A DNA stretch of 51,277 nucleotides, from the IMG/VR virus record IMGVR_UViG_2851955134_000001. One strand, given 5' to 3'. Source of the stretch: a virus. Lineage: Duplodnaviria > Heunggongvirae > Uroviricota > Caudoviricetes. The notes under the pieces were generated by a model, which was not told the DNA's origin, did not search any database, and saw nothing but the letters and a program-made list of their open reading frames with translations. Shown one piece after another: positions 1 to 10,721 of the stretch (position 1 is its first letter; each line of letters begins with the position of its first letter). A program made the translations under genes and the position numbers.

Positions 1-576
1 TCACCATCCAACCCTGTACGCCAGAATGGTTTCACTGTCACTCAGTTCTGCTATTGCCTTTTTCATCTCCCTTTGCCTTATATGTATTTCAAGGCCTTTC
101 CTGAACATCGCTTTACCAGCAGCATCACTCAGGGATATCAGTTCATCTGCCGTCATCGGTACATCATTATTCTCTGCGTCCGTCCAGAAAAATCCTTCCG
201 GCAACACACCGCCTCTGGCCGCTGATGCCGACATTCCAAGACGTGTCATGGTTTCCTTTCCATAATCCCATTTCCGTCCTCTGTGCTCAAAAACATACCC
301 TGACGCCTCCATCGCATCACGCCAGGCATTTATCTCCGCGTTTTTCATCCTGCGTGCTTCTTCCACAGCCATATCATCATTTGCCCGGTACTCACCTACC
401 GGCCCTGCATCACCTCTTATGCAGGCTTCAAATATTTCACGACCGTAAGACTCAGGATCATCCGCACTTGCTGTAAATACACATTCTGTTTCCGCGTCTG
501 AAAACTTCACTATACAGTTTATGGTCGTATGACCCCTGTCAGCCCACACTGGTGACGTGATTTTATCGACCTTCAT
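1..576 (-). CDS. tail fibre assembly protein (Tfa-like); start at 576, 3' end runs off the window
   Basis: ORF open to position 1; ATG at 576 preceded by GGGGAG RBS; lies 15 bp downstream of stf as in lambda stf-tfa; Tfa-like from recalled lambda Tfa. Confidence 0.6.
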   Translation of the reverse strand: MKVDKITSPVWADRGHTTINCIVKFSDAETECVFTASADDPESYGREIFEACIRGDAGPVGEYRANDDMAVEEARRMKNAEINAWRDAMEASGYVFEHRGRKWDYGKETMTRLGMSASAARGGVLPEGFFWTDAENNDVPMTADELISLSDAAGKAMFRKGLEIHIRQREMKKAIAELSDSETILAYRVGW

Positions 577-591
577 TCATTTCTCCCCCTG

Positions 592-2325
592 TCACAGTAT
601 TCTCTGAAACAGGCCCCAAATCGTCCCACTGATATTATTCACCGCCATGTTAGTTGTGCATAACATCCATGTACCAAGCATAGGATTGCCAAATAAAAAG
701 CGGATATCTGTAAGTTTATCCGATGACGACGACACAATAACGGCCTGTCTGATACGATACCCGGGTATTTGACGGGTATTTGTTATCTCATGATTTCGTT
801 CTATGATCCCCAGAACATAAGACCCCACGGAATAAACACTTCCGACGCTCGCTGGCCGCCCCGCTTCTCCTCTTGGCCCCTGTGGACCTGCCGGACCGCG
901 TTCACCTGTATACCCTCTTGGCCCCTGTAGACCTGCCGGGCCGCGTGCTCCTGTATCCCCCTTTAGTCCCTGTGGACCTGCCGGGCCGCGTTCACCTGTT
1001 TCACCTTTTGGTCCCTGTGGACCTGCCGGGCCACGTTCACCTGTATCGCCCTTTGGTCCCTGTGGACCTGTCGGGCCACGTGCTCCTGTTTCACCTTTTG
1101 GTCCCTGTGGACCTGCCGGGCCGCGTGCTCCTGTATCCCCCTTTAGTCCCTGTGGACCTGCCGGGCCGCGTGCTCCTGTATCCCCCTTTAGTCCCTGTGG
1201 ACCTGCCGGACCGCGTTCACCTGTATCCCCCTTTAGTCCCTGTGGACCTGCCGGGCCACGTTCACCTGTATCGCCCTTTGGTCCCTGTGGACCTGCCGGG
1301 CCACGTTCACCTGTATCGCCCTTTGGTCCCTGTGGACCTGTCGGGCCACGTTCACCTGTTTCACCTTTTGGTCCCTGTGGACCTGCCGGGCCGCGTTCAC
1401 CTGTTTCACCTTTTGGTCCCTGTGGACCTCCCGGATCTCCTTTATCCCCCTTAGGGCCTTTTTCTCCTCGCTCACCCTTTTCTCCCTTCAGACCCTGAGG
1501 GCCTTCCGGACCACGTGCACCTGTTTCGCCCTTTGCTCCCTGTGGACCTGCCGGGCCGCGTTCACCTGTTTCACCTTTTGCTCCCTGTGGACCTTCCGGA
1601 CCACGTGCACCTGTTTCGCCTTTTGGTCCCTGTGGACCTGCCGGGCCGCGTTCACCTGTATCGCCCTTTGGTCCCTGTGGACCTGCCGGACCGCGTTCAC
1701 CTGTTTCACCTTTTGGTCCCTGTGGACCTGCCGGGCCGCGTTCACCTGTATCGCCCTTTGGTCCCTGTGGACCTGCCGGACCGCGTTCACCTGTTTCACC
1801 TTTTGGTCCCTGTGGACCTGCCGGGCCACGTGCTCCTGTTTCACCTTTTGGCCCCTGTGGCCCGGTAATGCCTCTTTCACCACGAGCGCCGGTATCCCCT
1901 TTCTCTCCTCGTGGTCCCCGGGCAGATGCTGCTCGCTTCCGGGCTTCCTCCGCCTCAGATGCCGCGGACTCTGCTCTGTGCAGTATGGACTGCACCACAG
2001 CCTCCAGCTCTGACAACGCCTTCGGATAATAAGCAGCATCTTCCATCTCCATCAGAAATTTATTCAGTGTTCCCGGTGAAGAATCCTCCCTGACCACGAT
2101 ATCTCCCACATACGAAGGACGGTAACCTTCTGTATTGAGTGTCACCCTGTATATTCCTGGCTCCACATCCATACTGTAACTCCCCGTCTCTTCCGGCATG
2201 CCATAAGCCACTGTCGTGGCGATGACTGTCTCGCTGGTTCTCTTCGCTTTCAGCTCAATAATGCATCCCGGTACCGGTTTTCCGGTTCCGTCCCTGAGCA
2301 CGCCTGAAATTTTTACAGCCGCCAT
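592..2325 (-). CDS. side tail fibre protein (Stf-like) with long collagen-like Gly-X-Y repeat region
   Basis: N-terminus [18 protein letters not shown] resembles recalled lambda Stf N-terminus; about 340 aa of GPxGPxGxxGxRG repeats; ATG at 2325. Confidence 0.8.
   Translation of the reverse strand: MAAVKISGVLRDGTGKPVPGCIIELKAKRTSETVIATTVAYGMPEETGSYSMDVEPGIYRVTLNTEGYRPSYVGDIVVREDSSPGTLNKFLMEMEDAAYYPKALSELEAVVQSILHRAESAASEAEEARKRAASARGPRGEKGDTGARGERGITGPQGPKGETGARGPAGPQGPKGETGERGPAGPQGPKGDTGERGPAGPQGPKGETGERGPAGPQGPKGDTGERGPAGPQGPKGETGARGPEGPQGAKGETGERGPAGPQGAKGETGARGPEGPQGLKGEKGERGEKGPKGDKGDPGGPQGPKGETGERGPAGPQGPKGETGERGPTGPQGPKGDTGERGPAGPQGPKGDTGERGPAGPQGLKGDTGERGPAGPQGLKGDTGARGPAGPQGLKGDTGARGPAGPQGPKGETGARGPTGPQGPKGDTGERGPAGPQGPKGETGERGPAGPQGLKGDTGARGPAGLQGPRGYTGERGPAGPQGPRGEAGRPASVGSVYSVGSYVLGIIERNHEITNTRQIPGYRIRQAVIVSSSSDKLTDIRFLFGNPMLGTWMLCTTNMAVNNISGTIWGLFQRIL
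865..1870. repeat. tandem ~45-bp coding repeats (collagen-like GxY units) inside stf
   Basis: Visible periodic reiteration of cctgtggacctgccgggccgcgttcacctgt... units; all six frames stay open across the array. Confidence 0.85.
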
Positions 2326-2458
2326 ACTCGCTCCACAAATAAAAATAATCCCGCAAAATTGCGGGCGTCGTCATTCATTTACAATCGGGTGTTTTTATGA
2401 TTACTGTAACCGGCTCATTTAAACCGTCTGGTCTGTTTCCTCCGGCTCTACAAAAATA

Positions 2459-3136
2459 ATGTCCATCATTTTTAATGGACACTATCGTATGAAACACCGG
2501 ACCTGGATCACTGAAGCTTTACGTCTTCACTTTGAAGAACATTTACCCCGGGTTGTGGCCGGGCGTCGCCTGGGTGTACCAAAATCAACAGTTTGCAGTA
2601 TGTTCGTGCGCTTTCGGAGAGCTGGCCTTTCGTGGCCTTTGCCCGCAGGCATGTCGGAGCAGGAACTTGATGCCTGCCTTTACGGACAATTTTCCACGGT
2701 ACCAGTCGTACGTCCTGAAAGCACCGTTATATCCGAAGCCCCCGTGGTAAAAAAACGTCCCCGGCGGCCCAACTTCCCTTATGAGTTTAAAATCGCCTTA
2801 GTGGAACAGTCACTGCAGCCCGGAGCCTGTGTGGCGCAGATCGCCCGGGAAAACGGAATCAACGATAACCTGCTCTTCAACTGGCGCCATCAATACCGGA
2901 AAGGTGGCCTGCTGCCTTCCGGAAAAAATATGCCGGCACTGCTTCCCGTGACGTTAACGCCGGAGCCGGATAATAAAATCCCGGCTCCGGCACAGGAACC
3001 AGAGCAGATAAATACACCGTCCGACAGTCTGTGTTGTGAGCTGGTTCTGCCGGCCGGAACTCTCAGGCTTAAAGGTAAACTGACGCCGGCGTTATTACAG
3101 ACACTTATCCGCGAAATAAAAGGGAGCAGCCACTGA
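2459..3136 (+). CDS. IS66-family accessory protein TnpA (start may be the internal ATG at 2489)
   Basis: First ORF of the IS; stop overlaps the tnpB start (ATGA at 3136). Confidence 0.65.
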   Translation: MSIIFNGHYRMKHRTWITEALRLHFEEHLPRVVAGRRLGVPKSTVCSMFVRFRRAGLSWPLPAGMSEQELDACLYGQFSTVPVVRPESTVISEAPVVKKRPRRPNFPYEFKIALVEQSLQPGACVAQIARENGINDNLLFNWRHQYRKGGLLPSGKNMPALLPVTLTPEPDNKIPAPAQEPEQINTPSDSLCCELVLPAGTLRLKGKLTPALLQTLIREIKGSSH

Positions 3137-3483
3137 TGATATCTCTCCCTGCAGGTTCGCGTATCTGGCTGGTTGCCGGTATCACCGATATGCGAAATGG
3201 CTTTAACGGCCTGGCCTCAAAAGTTCAGAACGTCCTGAAGGATGACCCGTTCTCCGGACACCTGTTCATCTTCCGCGGACGCCGGGGTGACCAGATAAAA
3301 GTGTTGTGGGCTGACAGTGACGGACTGTGCCTCTTCACCAAACGCCTGGAGCGGGGCCGCTTCGTCTGGCCGGTTACCCGTGACGGCAAGGTGCACCTTA
3401 CTCCGGCTCAGTTATCTATGCTTCTTGAAGGTATCAACTGGAAGCACCCGAAACGAACGGAACGCGCTGGCATTCGCATATAA
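3136..3483 (+). CDS. IS66-family TnpB (Orf2)
   Basis: 115 aa with sequence MISLPAGSRIWLVAGITDMRNGFNGL... characteristic of IS66 Orf2, as recalled. Confidence 0.85.
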   Translation: MISLPAGSRIWLVAGITDMRNGFNGLASKVQNVLKDDPFSGHLFIFRGRRGDQIKVLWADSDGLCLFTKRLERGRFVWPVTRDGKVHLTPAQLSMLLEGINWKHPKRTERAGIRI

Positions 3484-3502
3484 CCCGTTGTAAAGTGAGG
3501 AT

Positions 3503-5074
3503 ATGGACACCTCACTTGCTCATGAGAATGCCCGCCTGCGGGCACTGTTGCAGACGCAACAGGACACCATCCGCCAGATGGCGAAATACAACCGCCTGCT
3601 CTCACAGCGGGTGGCGGCTTATGCTTCCGAAATCAACCGGCTGAAGGCGCTGGTTGCGAAACTGCAACGTATGCAGTTCGGTAAAAGCTCAGAAAAACTT
3701 CGTGCAAAAACCGAACGGCAGATACAGGAAGCACAGGAGCGAATCAGCGCACTTCAGGAAGAAATGGCGGAAACGCTGGGTGAGCAATATGACCCGGTAC
3801 TGCCATCCGCCCTGCGCCAGTCTTCAGCCCGTAAACCGTTACCGGCCTCACTTCCCCGTGAAACCCGGGTTATCCGGCCGGAAGAGGAATGCTGTCCTGC
3901 CTGTGGTGGTGAACTCAGTTCTCTGGGATGTGATGTGTCAGAGCAACTGGAGCTTATCAGCAGCGCCTTTAAGGTTATCGAAACACAACGTCCGAAACTG
4001 GCCTGTTGCCGGTGCGACCATATCGTGCAGGCACCGGTGCCTTCAAAACCCATTGCACGCAGTTATGCCGGAGCGGGGCTCCTGGCCCATGTCGTCACCG
4101 GAAAATATGCAGACCATCTGCCGTTATACCGCCAGTCAGAGATATACCGCCGTCAGGGTGTGGAGCTGAGCCGTGCCACACTGGGGCGCTGGACTGGTGC
4201 CGTTGCTGAACTACTGGAGCCGCTGTATGACGTCCTGCGCCAGTATGTGCTGATGCCCGGTAAAGTCCATGCTGATGATATCCCCGTCCCGGTCCAGGAG
4301 CCGGGCAGCGGTAAAACCCGGACAGCCCGGCTGTGGGTCTACGTCCGTGATGACCGTAACGCCGGTTCACAGATGCCCCCGGCGGTCTGGTTCGCGTACA
4401 GTCCGGACCGGAAAGGTATCCATCCACAAAATCACCTGGCCGGTTACAGCGGTGTGCTTCAGGCCGATGCTTACGGTGGTTACCGGGCGTTATACGAATC
4501 CGGCAGAATAACGGAAGCCGCGTGTATGGCTCATGCCCGGAGAAAAATCCACGATGTGCATGCAAGAGCGCCCACCGACATCACCACGGAAGCCCTGCAG
4601 CGTATCGGTGAACTGTATGCCATCGAGGCAGAGGTCCGGGGCTGTTCAGCAGAACAGCGTCTGGCGGCAAGAAAAACCAGAGCCGCGCCACTGATGCAGT
4701 CACTGTATGACTGGATACAGCAACAGATGAAAACACTGTCGCGTCACTCAGATACGGCAAAAGCGTTCGCATACCTGCTGAAACAGTGGGATGCACTGAA
4801 CGTGTACTGCAGTAATGGCTGGGTGGAAATCGACAACAACATCGCAGAGAACGCCTTACGGGGAGTGGCCGTAGGCCGGAAAAACTGGCTCTTCGCGGGT
4901 TCCGACAGCGGTGGCGAACATGCGGCGGTGTTGTACTCGCTGATCGGCACATGCCGTCTGAACAATGTGGAGCCAGAAAAATGGCTGCGTTACGTTATTG
5001 AGCATATTCAGGACTGGCCGGCAAACCGGGTACGCGATCTGTTGCCCTGGAAAGTTGATCTGAGCTCTCAGTAA
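3503..5074 (+). CDS. IS66-family transposase (TnpC)
   Basis: 523 aa; N-terminal leucine-zipper-like region, CxxC zinc motif and C-terminal region typical of IS66 transposases. Confidence 0.9.
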   Translation: MDTSLAHENARLRALLQTQQDTIRQMAKYNRLLSQRVAAYASEINRLKALVAKLQRMQFGKSSEKLRAKTERQIQEAQERISALQEEMAETLGEQYDPVLPSALRQSSARKPLPASLPRETRVIRPEEECCPACGGELSSLGCDVSEQLELISSAFKVIETQRPKLACCRCDHIVQAPVPSKPIARSYAGAGLLAHVVTGKYADHLPLYRQSEIYRRQGVELSRATLGRWTGAVAELLEPLYDVLRQYVLMPGKVHADDIPVPVQEPGSGKTRTARLWVYVRDDRNAGSQMPPAVWFAYSPDRKGIHPQNHLAGYSGVLQADAYGGYRALYESGRITEAACMAHARRKIHDVHARAPTDITTEALQRIGELYAIEAEVRGCSAEQRLAARKTRAAPLMQSLYDWIQQQMKTLSRHSDTAKAFAYLLKQWDALNVYCSNGWVEIDNNIAENALRGVAVGRKNWLFAGSDSGGEHAAVLYSLIGTCRLNNVEPEKWLRYVIEHIQDWPANRVRDLLPWKVDLSSQ

Positions 5075-5107
5075 ATATCAATACGGTTCTGACGAGCCGC
5101 TTACTGA

Positions 5108-5353
5108 TTACTTCACGCACGAAACTTTCGTAAACATATCTTCACTCACCCACTGACCATAAAATCTCGGAGCTGATACTTTATACACAGTGCCGCTTTT
5201 CGTTTCTATTTTCCCTGTAAGATCTACCGTATAAGCTCGCTGTAAAACCCCGGGACTCAGCACACCGGTGCACCGGACTCTCTCCGTAACGGAACTGTAC
5301 CCCGCGCAACCTGATACAAGAAACAGCAAAAAAGTGCAGACGATTATTTTCAT
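5108..5353 (-). CDS. small lipoprotein downstream of tail genes; possibly Cor-like superinfection exclusion protein
   Basis: Signal peptide with lipobox LVSGC; 81 aa; the position after the J/tail region matches where cor sits in phi80/HK022-type phages. Confidence 0.45.
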   Translation of the reverse strand: MKIIVCTFLLFLVSGCAGYSSVTERVRCTGVLSPGVLQRAYTVDLTGKIETKSGTVYKVSAPRFYGQWVSEDMFTKVSCVK

Positions 5354-5374
5354 TACATGCCCTCAACATAACTA

Positions 5375-6037
5375 TCAGTACGCATCATAAATTTCTGCAT
5401 TTATGTAATAACAGAGGTTATTAACAACACCTGAATTATCATTGGGCGCCGCTACGTTATCTTCAGCAAAAGTTGACTGACGCCATAACTGTGAGTTTCT
5501 GGCATTAAAACTGGCGGTATACCAGTAATAACTCTCCCCTTCCTGAACTGTCGTCCACTGGGTACACCCCGGCATTACGGCCACATCATGTCCCACACTG
5601 ATCGGTACATCCTTTTCCCATATTCGCGTCATTTTTACTTCCAGTGGCAGCATTTCCGTGTTCCAGACCACCCTGCCATGACTGTCGCACAACTGTATTC
5701 CCCATTGCGGCCATACATTCACCATGTTGGCAAAAACATAAACAACATATGTGCTGTCCTGTTCCATGCCCGGCTCCTGCCCTGTACCAGCGCTGAAAAT
5801 GTCATACTGCCAGGTACCGTTAAGCTGAACCATTTCACCATGGAAGGACTGATTACCGCTTATCTGTTTAATAAAAATCACGCAACGATAATTCGTCGGC
5901 ACCCCGGTGTCGATAAACTGCATCACCGCATCACGCGCACTCAGTGTGAAATGAAAACGGCGCACAAGGTTCAGTGGCGGCGCAACAGGTGATATCCATT
6001 CTCTCCCCCGCTCATCAGTTAATTTAAGTGCAAACAT
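5375..6037 (-). CDS. hypothetical phage protein in the tail tip region
   Basis: ATG at 6037 with AAGGGGGA RBS; 220 aa; no recognisable motif. Confidence 0.5.
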   Translation of the reverse strand: MFALKLTDERGREWISPVAPPLNLVRRFHFTLSARDAVMQFIDTGVPTNYRCVIFIKQISGNQSFHGEMVQLNGTWQYDIFSAGTGQEPGMEQDSTYVVYVFANMVNVWPQWGIQLCDSHGRVVWNTEMLPLEVKMTRIWEKDVPISVGHDVAVMPGCTQWTTVQEGESYYWYTASFNARNSQLWRQSTFAEDNVAAPNDNSGVVNNLCYYINAEIYDAY

Positions 6038-6297
6038 CAGATCCCCCTTATCATGACCAGCACGGGTCTTAGCCAGCTTGTGTTGGCATAGTGCACTGTC
6101 CAGCCGGATACACTGGCACTGGTATGACTTCCCTGACCGTTAATCAGAATGGCCGGTGAACAGACTTCCAGACGCCAGCCCTGCAAAGGAGTATAAGAAC
6201 GCTGCCCCGTCCCTTCAGTGATCACATCCAGCACCCCTGTTGGGTTTATTTCATGTGTCACAAGGCGCCCTTTGCGCCATACCCGGACTCCGAACAT
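6037..6297 (-). CDS. hypothetical small protein translationally coupled to J
   Basis: ATG overlaps the J stop (TAATG); GGGGAG RBS inside the J 3' end. Confidence 0.4.
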   Translation of the reverse strand: MFGVRVWRKGRLVTHEINPTGVLDVITEGTGQRSYTPLQGWRLEVCSPAILINGQGSHTSASVSGWTVHYANTSWLRPVLVMIRGI

Positions 6298-9200
6298 TAC
6301 AGTCTCCCCAGTCGTACTCTTAACACATTGTTATCGTCATATACGTCGATTCGCTCGCCATTGAAAAACAGGCGGCCTGCGCCGGGCCTTCCTGAGTTAA
6401 TTTCAAGGCTGCCGTTTCTTGATAAACGCCACCCCGGACTACCGGAATGAAAATTATCTGACCGGATATCTCCCGTCACTCTGGCAAAATCCACGGTCAG
6501 TTTTTTCATGAAAACATCATTCATGAACAGCTGATCACCCTGAGCCACAAACAAAGGTGTTGTATTGCCATTTTCCGGGTTAATCATCGCAATACGATCT
6601 GCCTGCATCAGGATCTGACTCTGAATTCCGTCAGACGTATTTTCGATTCCGGCACCAATACCTGCAATATAGAGACGTCCATCCCGTGTCTGCTGCAGCT
6701 TCACAGCCCACATGCTGTTCAGGTTCCGGCGCGTGTCCTCCTGAACTTTCTGTATCTGCTCAATGCTGGCATTCCAGGATCCCAGTTTTTTATCCGTGCT
6801 CTGTGTGATCTGACTTCCCTTATCATCAACATACTGTCTGATCTGCGCTATCTGTCGGCTGTTCTCCTCCGTGCTCCTGCTTACTGTCTGCCGGATTTCG
6901 CTGCCCATCCTGTCAACTTTTCTGTCAACTTCCGCAATGGCCATTGACTGTTCAGCGCTCTTTTTCGCCACAACAGTACTTATTTGCGCACTTTTATCAT
7001 CAACATACTGCCTGACCTGCGCTATCTGTCGGCTGTTCTCCTCCGTGCTCCTGCTTACTGTCTGCCGGATTTCACTGCTCACGCTGTCAACTTTCCTGTC
7101 GACTTTCGCAATGGCCAGCGACTGTTCACCGCTCTTTTTCGCCACAACAGTACTTATTTGCGCACTTTTATCATCAACATACTGCCTGACCTGCGCTATC
7201 TGTCGGCTGTTCTCCTCCGTGCTCCTGCTTACTGTCTGCCGGATTTCACTGCTCACGCTGTCAACTTTCCTGTCGACTTTCGCAATGGCCAGCGACTGTT
7301 CACCGCTCTTTTTCGCCACCAGTTCCGTTATGCTGTTTTCAGACGCCGTGATTTTTTTCGTCACCTCTGCGATATCACGCTCCGCACGCTGCCTCACATC
7401 TTTCTCCAACTGCGTCATTTCGCGGTTAATCGCATTCTCCAGCTGCGTCATTTCGCGGTTAATCGCATTCTCCAGTTGCTCAACTTCAGTGCGCCGTGCA
7501 GAGGCATCAATGCGTTCATTGATCTCCCGTCCCAGATGCGTTTTATTTATCGCCCCCCTGAAAAAATTAAGGTAACCGGCAGGATCATTACTCGCCCGAC
7601 CGACTGCCTCCACGAATGCCGATTTACCGACAGTGTTAACACTGCGGATATAAAAGTAATAATCATGGCCAGGCTTAATATTCTGGCCGGAGACAAGCCA
7701 CTGAGTTCCGGTACCAAGATAACGGGCTGTGGTTTCAACCTGCCTGATATCGGTAATCCGCTTTTCCGAAAACCAGAACTCAAACTGCACCGTCGGATCA
7801 TAAACGGCAAGATGCGGCGTGGCGGTTATCTGAAAATAGCCCGGCGTCAGCTCAATCCGCGACGGCGCTGCCGGTGCGGCAATCCGGAACGATACCGACG
7901 CCGGGTCTCCCTGCTGCCCCCGGGCATTTACTGCCCGGACTGTCAGCCTGTAGTTCCCCGGCGCCAGCTGCCTGAAGCGGTATGTGGTTTCCGTCGTCCG
8001 GGCCGTGCTGACCAGCCGCTCACTGCCGTCATCCGCTGCCACGGTCAGGCGAAGCATGAAACTCACGCCTTTCACCACCTTCGGCGTGTCCCAGCGGGCC
8101 AGTACCTGATACTCCCCGCTGTCTGCGGTGACTTCGACAGTCAGGTGCTGCACTGCTGGCGGCGTGACACCATTCACCGTGCCGCTCTGGTCACCGTCAA
8201 AGTGTGCCCCGTTATCCACGATGCCCTCTTTTTCCGGTACATGCTGCACGGCAGTGATGGCATACGTGCCGTCGTCGTTCTCACGGATACTCACGCAGCG
8301 GAACAGGCGCTGGCGCAGCGTCGGCAGCTTCAGCCCCCACACGCTGTACTCGGCAACGCCGTCAGGAACCCGGCTCACTTTTACCTTCACGCCGTCGGTG
8401 ACGGACTGAACCTCCACGCTGACCGGATTGCCACTTCCGTCAACCAGGCTTATCAGCGTGGTACCGGAGGATGGCAGCGTGATTTCACGGTCGAGCGTCA
8501 GCGTCCGGGTCTGGCTGTTCACCGCCAGCACACGACCACCGGTGCTGATACCGGCATAGTCATCATCACAGATTTCAATGACATCGCCCGGTACATGGCG
8601 AAGCCCTTCAGCACCCACGCTGAAATCCACGGTCTGCGTCTCCAGCAGTTCTGTTTTAATCAGCCACAGCCCGGCGCGGTGTGCCTGCCCCCGGCTGGTA
8701 CAGCCAAAGGCATCCATCTTCGTGACGTTACGACCGTAACGGGCAATGGCCTGCGTATCTTCAACAAGCTCTGTCGCCGTCTCCTGGCCGTTATCCGGGT
8801 CACTCCAGTTCACCTCAACGGCATTATGGCGGTCCTTCAGGGCGCTGAAGCTGTAGCGGAACGGCGCGCCATCATCCGGCATCACCACATTACTGCGGTT
8901 ATAGGTCCACACCTTATCCGACGGTCGGTCCTGCACGAACGTCAGCGTCTGCCCGTTCCATACCGGCATACAGCGCATCGCCGAGCAGAAATCACTGAGC
9001 ACATCCCACGCCTTACGCTGTGTGGTCAGCCAGGCATTACAGGTGATGCGCGGCTCCGTGCCGCCAAAGCCGTCCGGCACTGACTGGTCGCAGTACTGGC
9101 CGATGACATACAGCGCCCATTTATCCACATCCGCTGCGCCAACACGTTTCCCCATGCCGTAGCGCGGATGGGTCAGCATATCCCACAGACACCAGGCCGG

Positions 9201-10013
9201 GTTGTTGCTGTATGCCGGTTTAAACGTTCCGTCCCAGATACCGCTGTATTGCCGCGTCTGCGGGTTATAGTTCGACGGCACCTGCAGAATGCGCCCGCGC
9301 AGATGATAATTACGGCTCACCTGCTGGCTGCCGAACTGCTCCGAATCCACCTGCACACCGACCAGTGCCGTGTTCGGGTAGCACTGTTTCACATCGATAA
9401 TTTCGGTGTATGACGACCAGAGCGTTTTGTTCTGCAGCTGGTCTGTGGTGCTGTCCGGCGTCATCCTGCGCATCCGGATACTGAACGGGCGCGGCGGCAG
9501 GTTATCCACCACCACCGAAGCCAGATACTGCGAGGTGGTTTTTCCCTTAATGGTGATGTCTTTTTCCGTTAACCAGCGACCGTTACGCTGTATCTGAACC
9601 AGCAGGCGGACTTCCGACGGATTCCGGTCCCCCTTTGAGGTGGTTTCCACCAGTGCCTGCACACCGAAGGTCAGGCGCAGACGGTCGATGTTTGCCGATG
9701 TGATGGTCCGGGTAATCGGCGTGTCGTACTTCACTTCCGTACCCAGCACCGTCTCGGAGCCGGAGGATTCAAATCCCTCCGGCGGCGTCTGCTCCTGCTC
9801 ACCGGCCCGGAATACCACCGTGACGCCGGATATATTGGTATTCCCCTCACTGTCCAGCACCGGCGTACCGTTCAGCAGCACGCTTTTTAATCCATCCACC
9901 GGTCCTTGTATCGGCCCTTCGCTGATGACATCGATCACACTCAGCAACTGCGTGGACTTCAGGTTGTCCTTCGCTTCGCGCGGGGTATGCCCCTTACTGC
10001 TGCCTTTACCCAT
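6297..10013 (-). CDS. J: tail tip / host specificity protein J with divergent C-terminal region
   Basis: First ~1000 aa closely match recalled lambda gpJ ([24 protein letters not shown]...); C-terminal part contains a coiled-coil repeat insertion and a short divergent end. Confidence 0.9.
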   Translation of the reverse strand: MGKGSSKGHTPREAKDNLKSTQLLSVIDVISEGPIQGPVDGLKSVLLNGTPVLDSEGNTNISGVTVVFRAGEQEQTPPEGFESSGSETVLGTEVKYDTPITRTITSANIDRLRLTFGVQALVETTSKGDRNPSEVRLLVQIQRNGRWLTEKDITIKGKTTSQYLASVVVDNLPPRPFSIRMRRMTPDSTTDQLQNKTLWSSYTEIIDVKQCYPNTALVGVQVDSEQFGSQQVSRNYHLRGRILQVPSNYNPQTRQYSGIWDGTFKPAYSNNPAWCLWDMLTHPRYGMGKRVGAADVDKWALYVIGQYCDQSVPDGFGGTEPRITCNAWLTTQRKAWDVLSDFCSAMRCMPVWNGQTLTFVQDRPSDKVWTYNRSNVVMPDDGAPFRYSFSALKDRHNAVEVNWSDPDNGQETATELVEDTQAIARYGRNVTKMDAFGCTSRGQAHRAGLWLIKTELLETQTVDFSVGAEGLRHVPGDVIEICDDDYAGISTGGRVLAVNSQTRTLTLDREITLPSSGTTLISLVDGSGNPVSVEVQSVTDGVKVKVSRVPDGVAEYSVWGLKLPTLRQRLFRCVSIRENDDGTYAITAVQHVPEKEGIVDNGAHFDGDQSGTVNGVTPPAVQHLTVEVTADSGEYQVLARWDTPKVVKGVSFMLRLTVAADDGSERLVSTARTTETTYRFRQLAPGNYRLTVRAVNARGQQGDPASVSFRIAAPAAPSRIELTPGYFQITATPHLAVYDPTVQFEFWFSEKRITDIRQVETTARYLGTGTQWLVSGQNIKPGHDYYFYIRSVNTVGKSAFVEAVGRASNDPAGYLNFFRGAINKTHLGREINERIDASARRTEVEQLENAINREMTQLENAINREMTQLEKDVRQRAERDIAEVTKKITASENSITELVAKKSGEQSLAIAKVDRKVDSVSSEIRQTVSRSTEENSRQIAQVRQYVDDKSAQISTVVAKKSGEQSLAIAKVDRKVDSVSSEIRQTVSRSTEENSRQIAQVRQYVDDKSAQISTVVAKKSAEQSMAIAEVDRKVDRMGSEIRQTVSRSTEENSRQIAQIRQYVDDKGSQITQSTDKKLGSWNASIEQIQKVQEDTRRNLNSMWAVKLQQTRDGRLYIAGIGAGIENTSDGIQSQILMQADRIAMINPENGNTTPLFVAQGDQLFMNDVFMKKLTVDFARVTGDIRSDNFHSGSPGWRLSRNGSLEINSGRPGAGRLFFNGERIDVYDDNNVLRVRLGRL
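6795..7320. repeat. three tandem ~174/177-bp repeats inside J (58-aa coiled-coil units)
   Basis: gctatctgtcggctgttctcctccgtgctcctgcttactgtctgccggatttc recurs at 6847, 7021 and 7198; a shorter 30-bp duplication follows at 7421/7451. Confidence 0.85.
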
Positions 10014-10073
10014 TCCTCACGCTCCATAAACGACAAAACCGCCCGGAGGCGGTTTCACATAAAACGTTTTTCA

Positions 10074-10721
10074 TCAGCGACCAATCACCACAACCCGGAC
10101 GCCATCCCCCTCATCCGCTGTGCTGATCTCCTGCGAAATTACCCGTGACCCCACGCGCATTTCACCGTACAGAACGGGCAGAGCATTCCCCTGGGCAACC
10201 ATGTTATCCAGTGAGGAGAAATAGGTGTTCTGTTTGCCGTTATCCGTGGCTGATACTCCGGGCATTCTGGCTTTCGGTGCCAGCATCTGCGCCACACCAC
10301 CGAGCACCATACTGGCCCCTGCCGCATACATGCCCGATAAAGCCGCAGCCCCCAGCCAGCCTGCAGGGTTCCACCATGCCACCGCAATCAGCGCCGCGCC
10401 CAGCACTGCCTGAAACACACCACCACGTTTGGCTCCCGCCAGACGCGGCACGATGTGGATCACGGCACCATTTGCCAGCGGTTCATTAAGACGGGCTGAT
10501 AATTCGTTTTCGCCTGTATCACGCCCGGCAATACGCACCTGATACCAGCCGTCGCTCAGTTTCTGACGAAACGCAGGGAGCTGCGTGGCCAGCGCCCGGA
10601 TGGCTTCGGCTCCCGTTTTCACACGAAGGTCGATGCGGCGGCCAAATCGTTGCAAATCCCCGTAAAGGCAGATGCGTGCCATGCCCGGTGACGCCAGAGG
10701 GAGTGTGTGCGTCGCTGCCAT
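10074..10721 (-). CDS. I: tail assembly protein I
   Basis: MAATHTLPLASPGMARICLYGDLQRFGRRIDLRV... matches recalled lambda gpI. Confidence 0.9.
   Translation of the reverse strand: MAATHTLPLASPGMARICLYGDLQRFGRRIDLRVKTGAEAIRALATQLPAFRQKLSDGWYQVRIAGRDTGENELSARLNEPLANGAVIHIVPRLAGAKRGGVFQAVLGAALIAVAWWNPAGWLGAAALSGMYAAGASMVLGGVAQMLAPKARMPGVSATDNGKQNTYFSSLDNMVAQGNALPVLYGEMRVGSRVISQEISTADEGDGVRVVVIGR

Larger units (their letters stand above)
2406..5104 (+). mobile_element. IS66-family insertion sequence with 8-bp target site duplication TGATTACT
   Basis: Imperfect terminal inverted repeats gtaaccggctcattt (2406) and its counterpart ending ...gagccgcttac (5104); identical tgattact at 2398-2405 and 5105-5112; three ORFs typical of IS66. 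Confidence 0.85.

Noticed and set aside
873-1868. Plus-strand ORFs of 193 and 117 aa with repeating [12 protein letters not shown] units
   Set aside because: Antisense reading of the collagen-repeat array of stf; repeats keep all frames open
865-1870. Possible CRISPR array (regular short repeats)
   Set aside because: Repeats are contiguous with no unique spacers and encode a continuous Gly-X-Y protein; no cas genes
1233-2039. Minus-strand ORFs of 80 and 183 aa in an alternative frame of stf
   Set aside because: Alternative-frame artefacts of the same tandem repeats; the Gly-X-Y frame is continuous with the Stf-like N-terminus
6984-9083. 699-aa plus-strand ORF
   Set aside because: Entirely antisense to the J gene, whose product is strongly lambda-like; Arg/His-rich low-complexity translation with no RBS; treated as a shadow ORF
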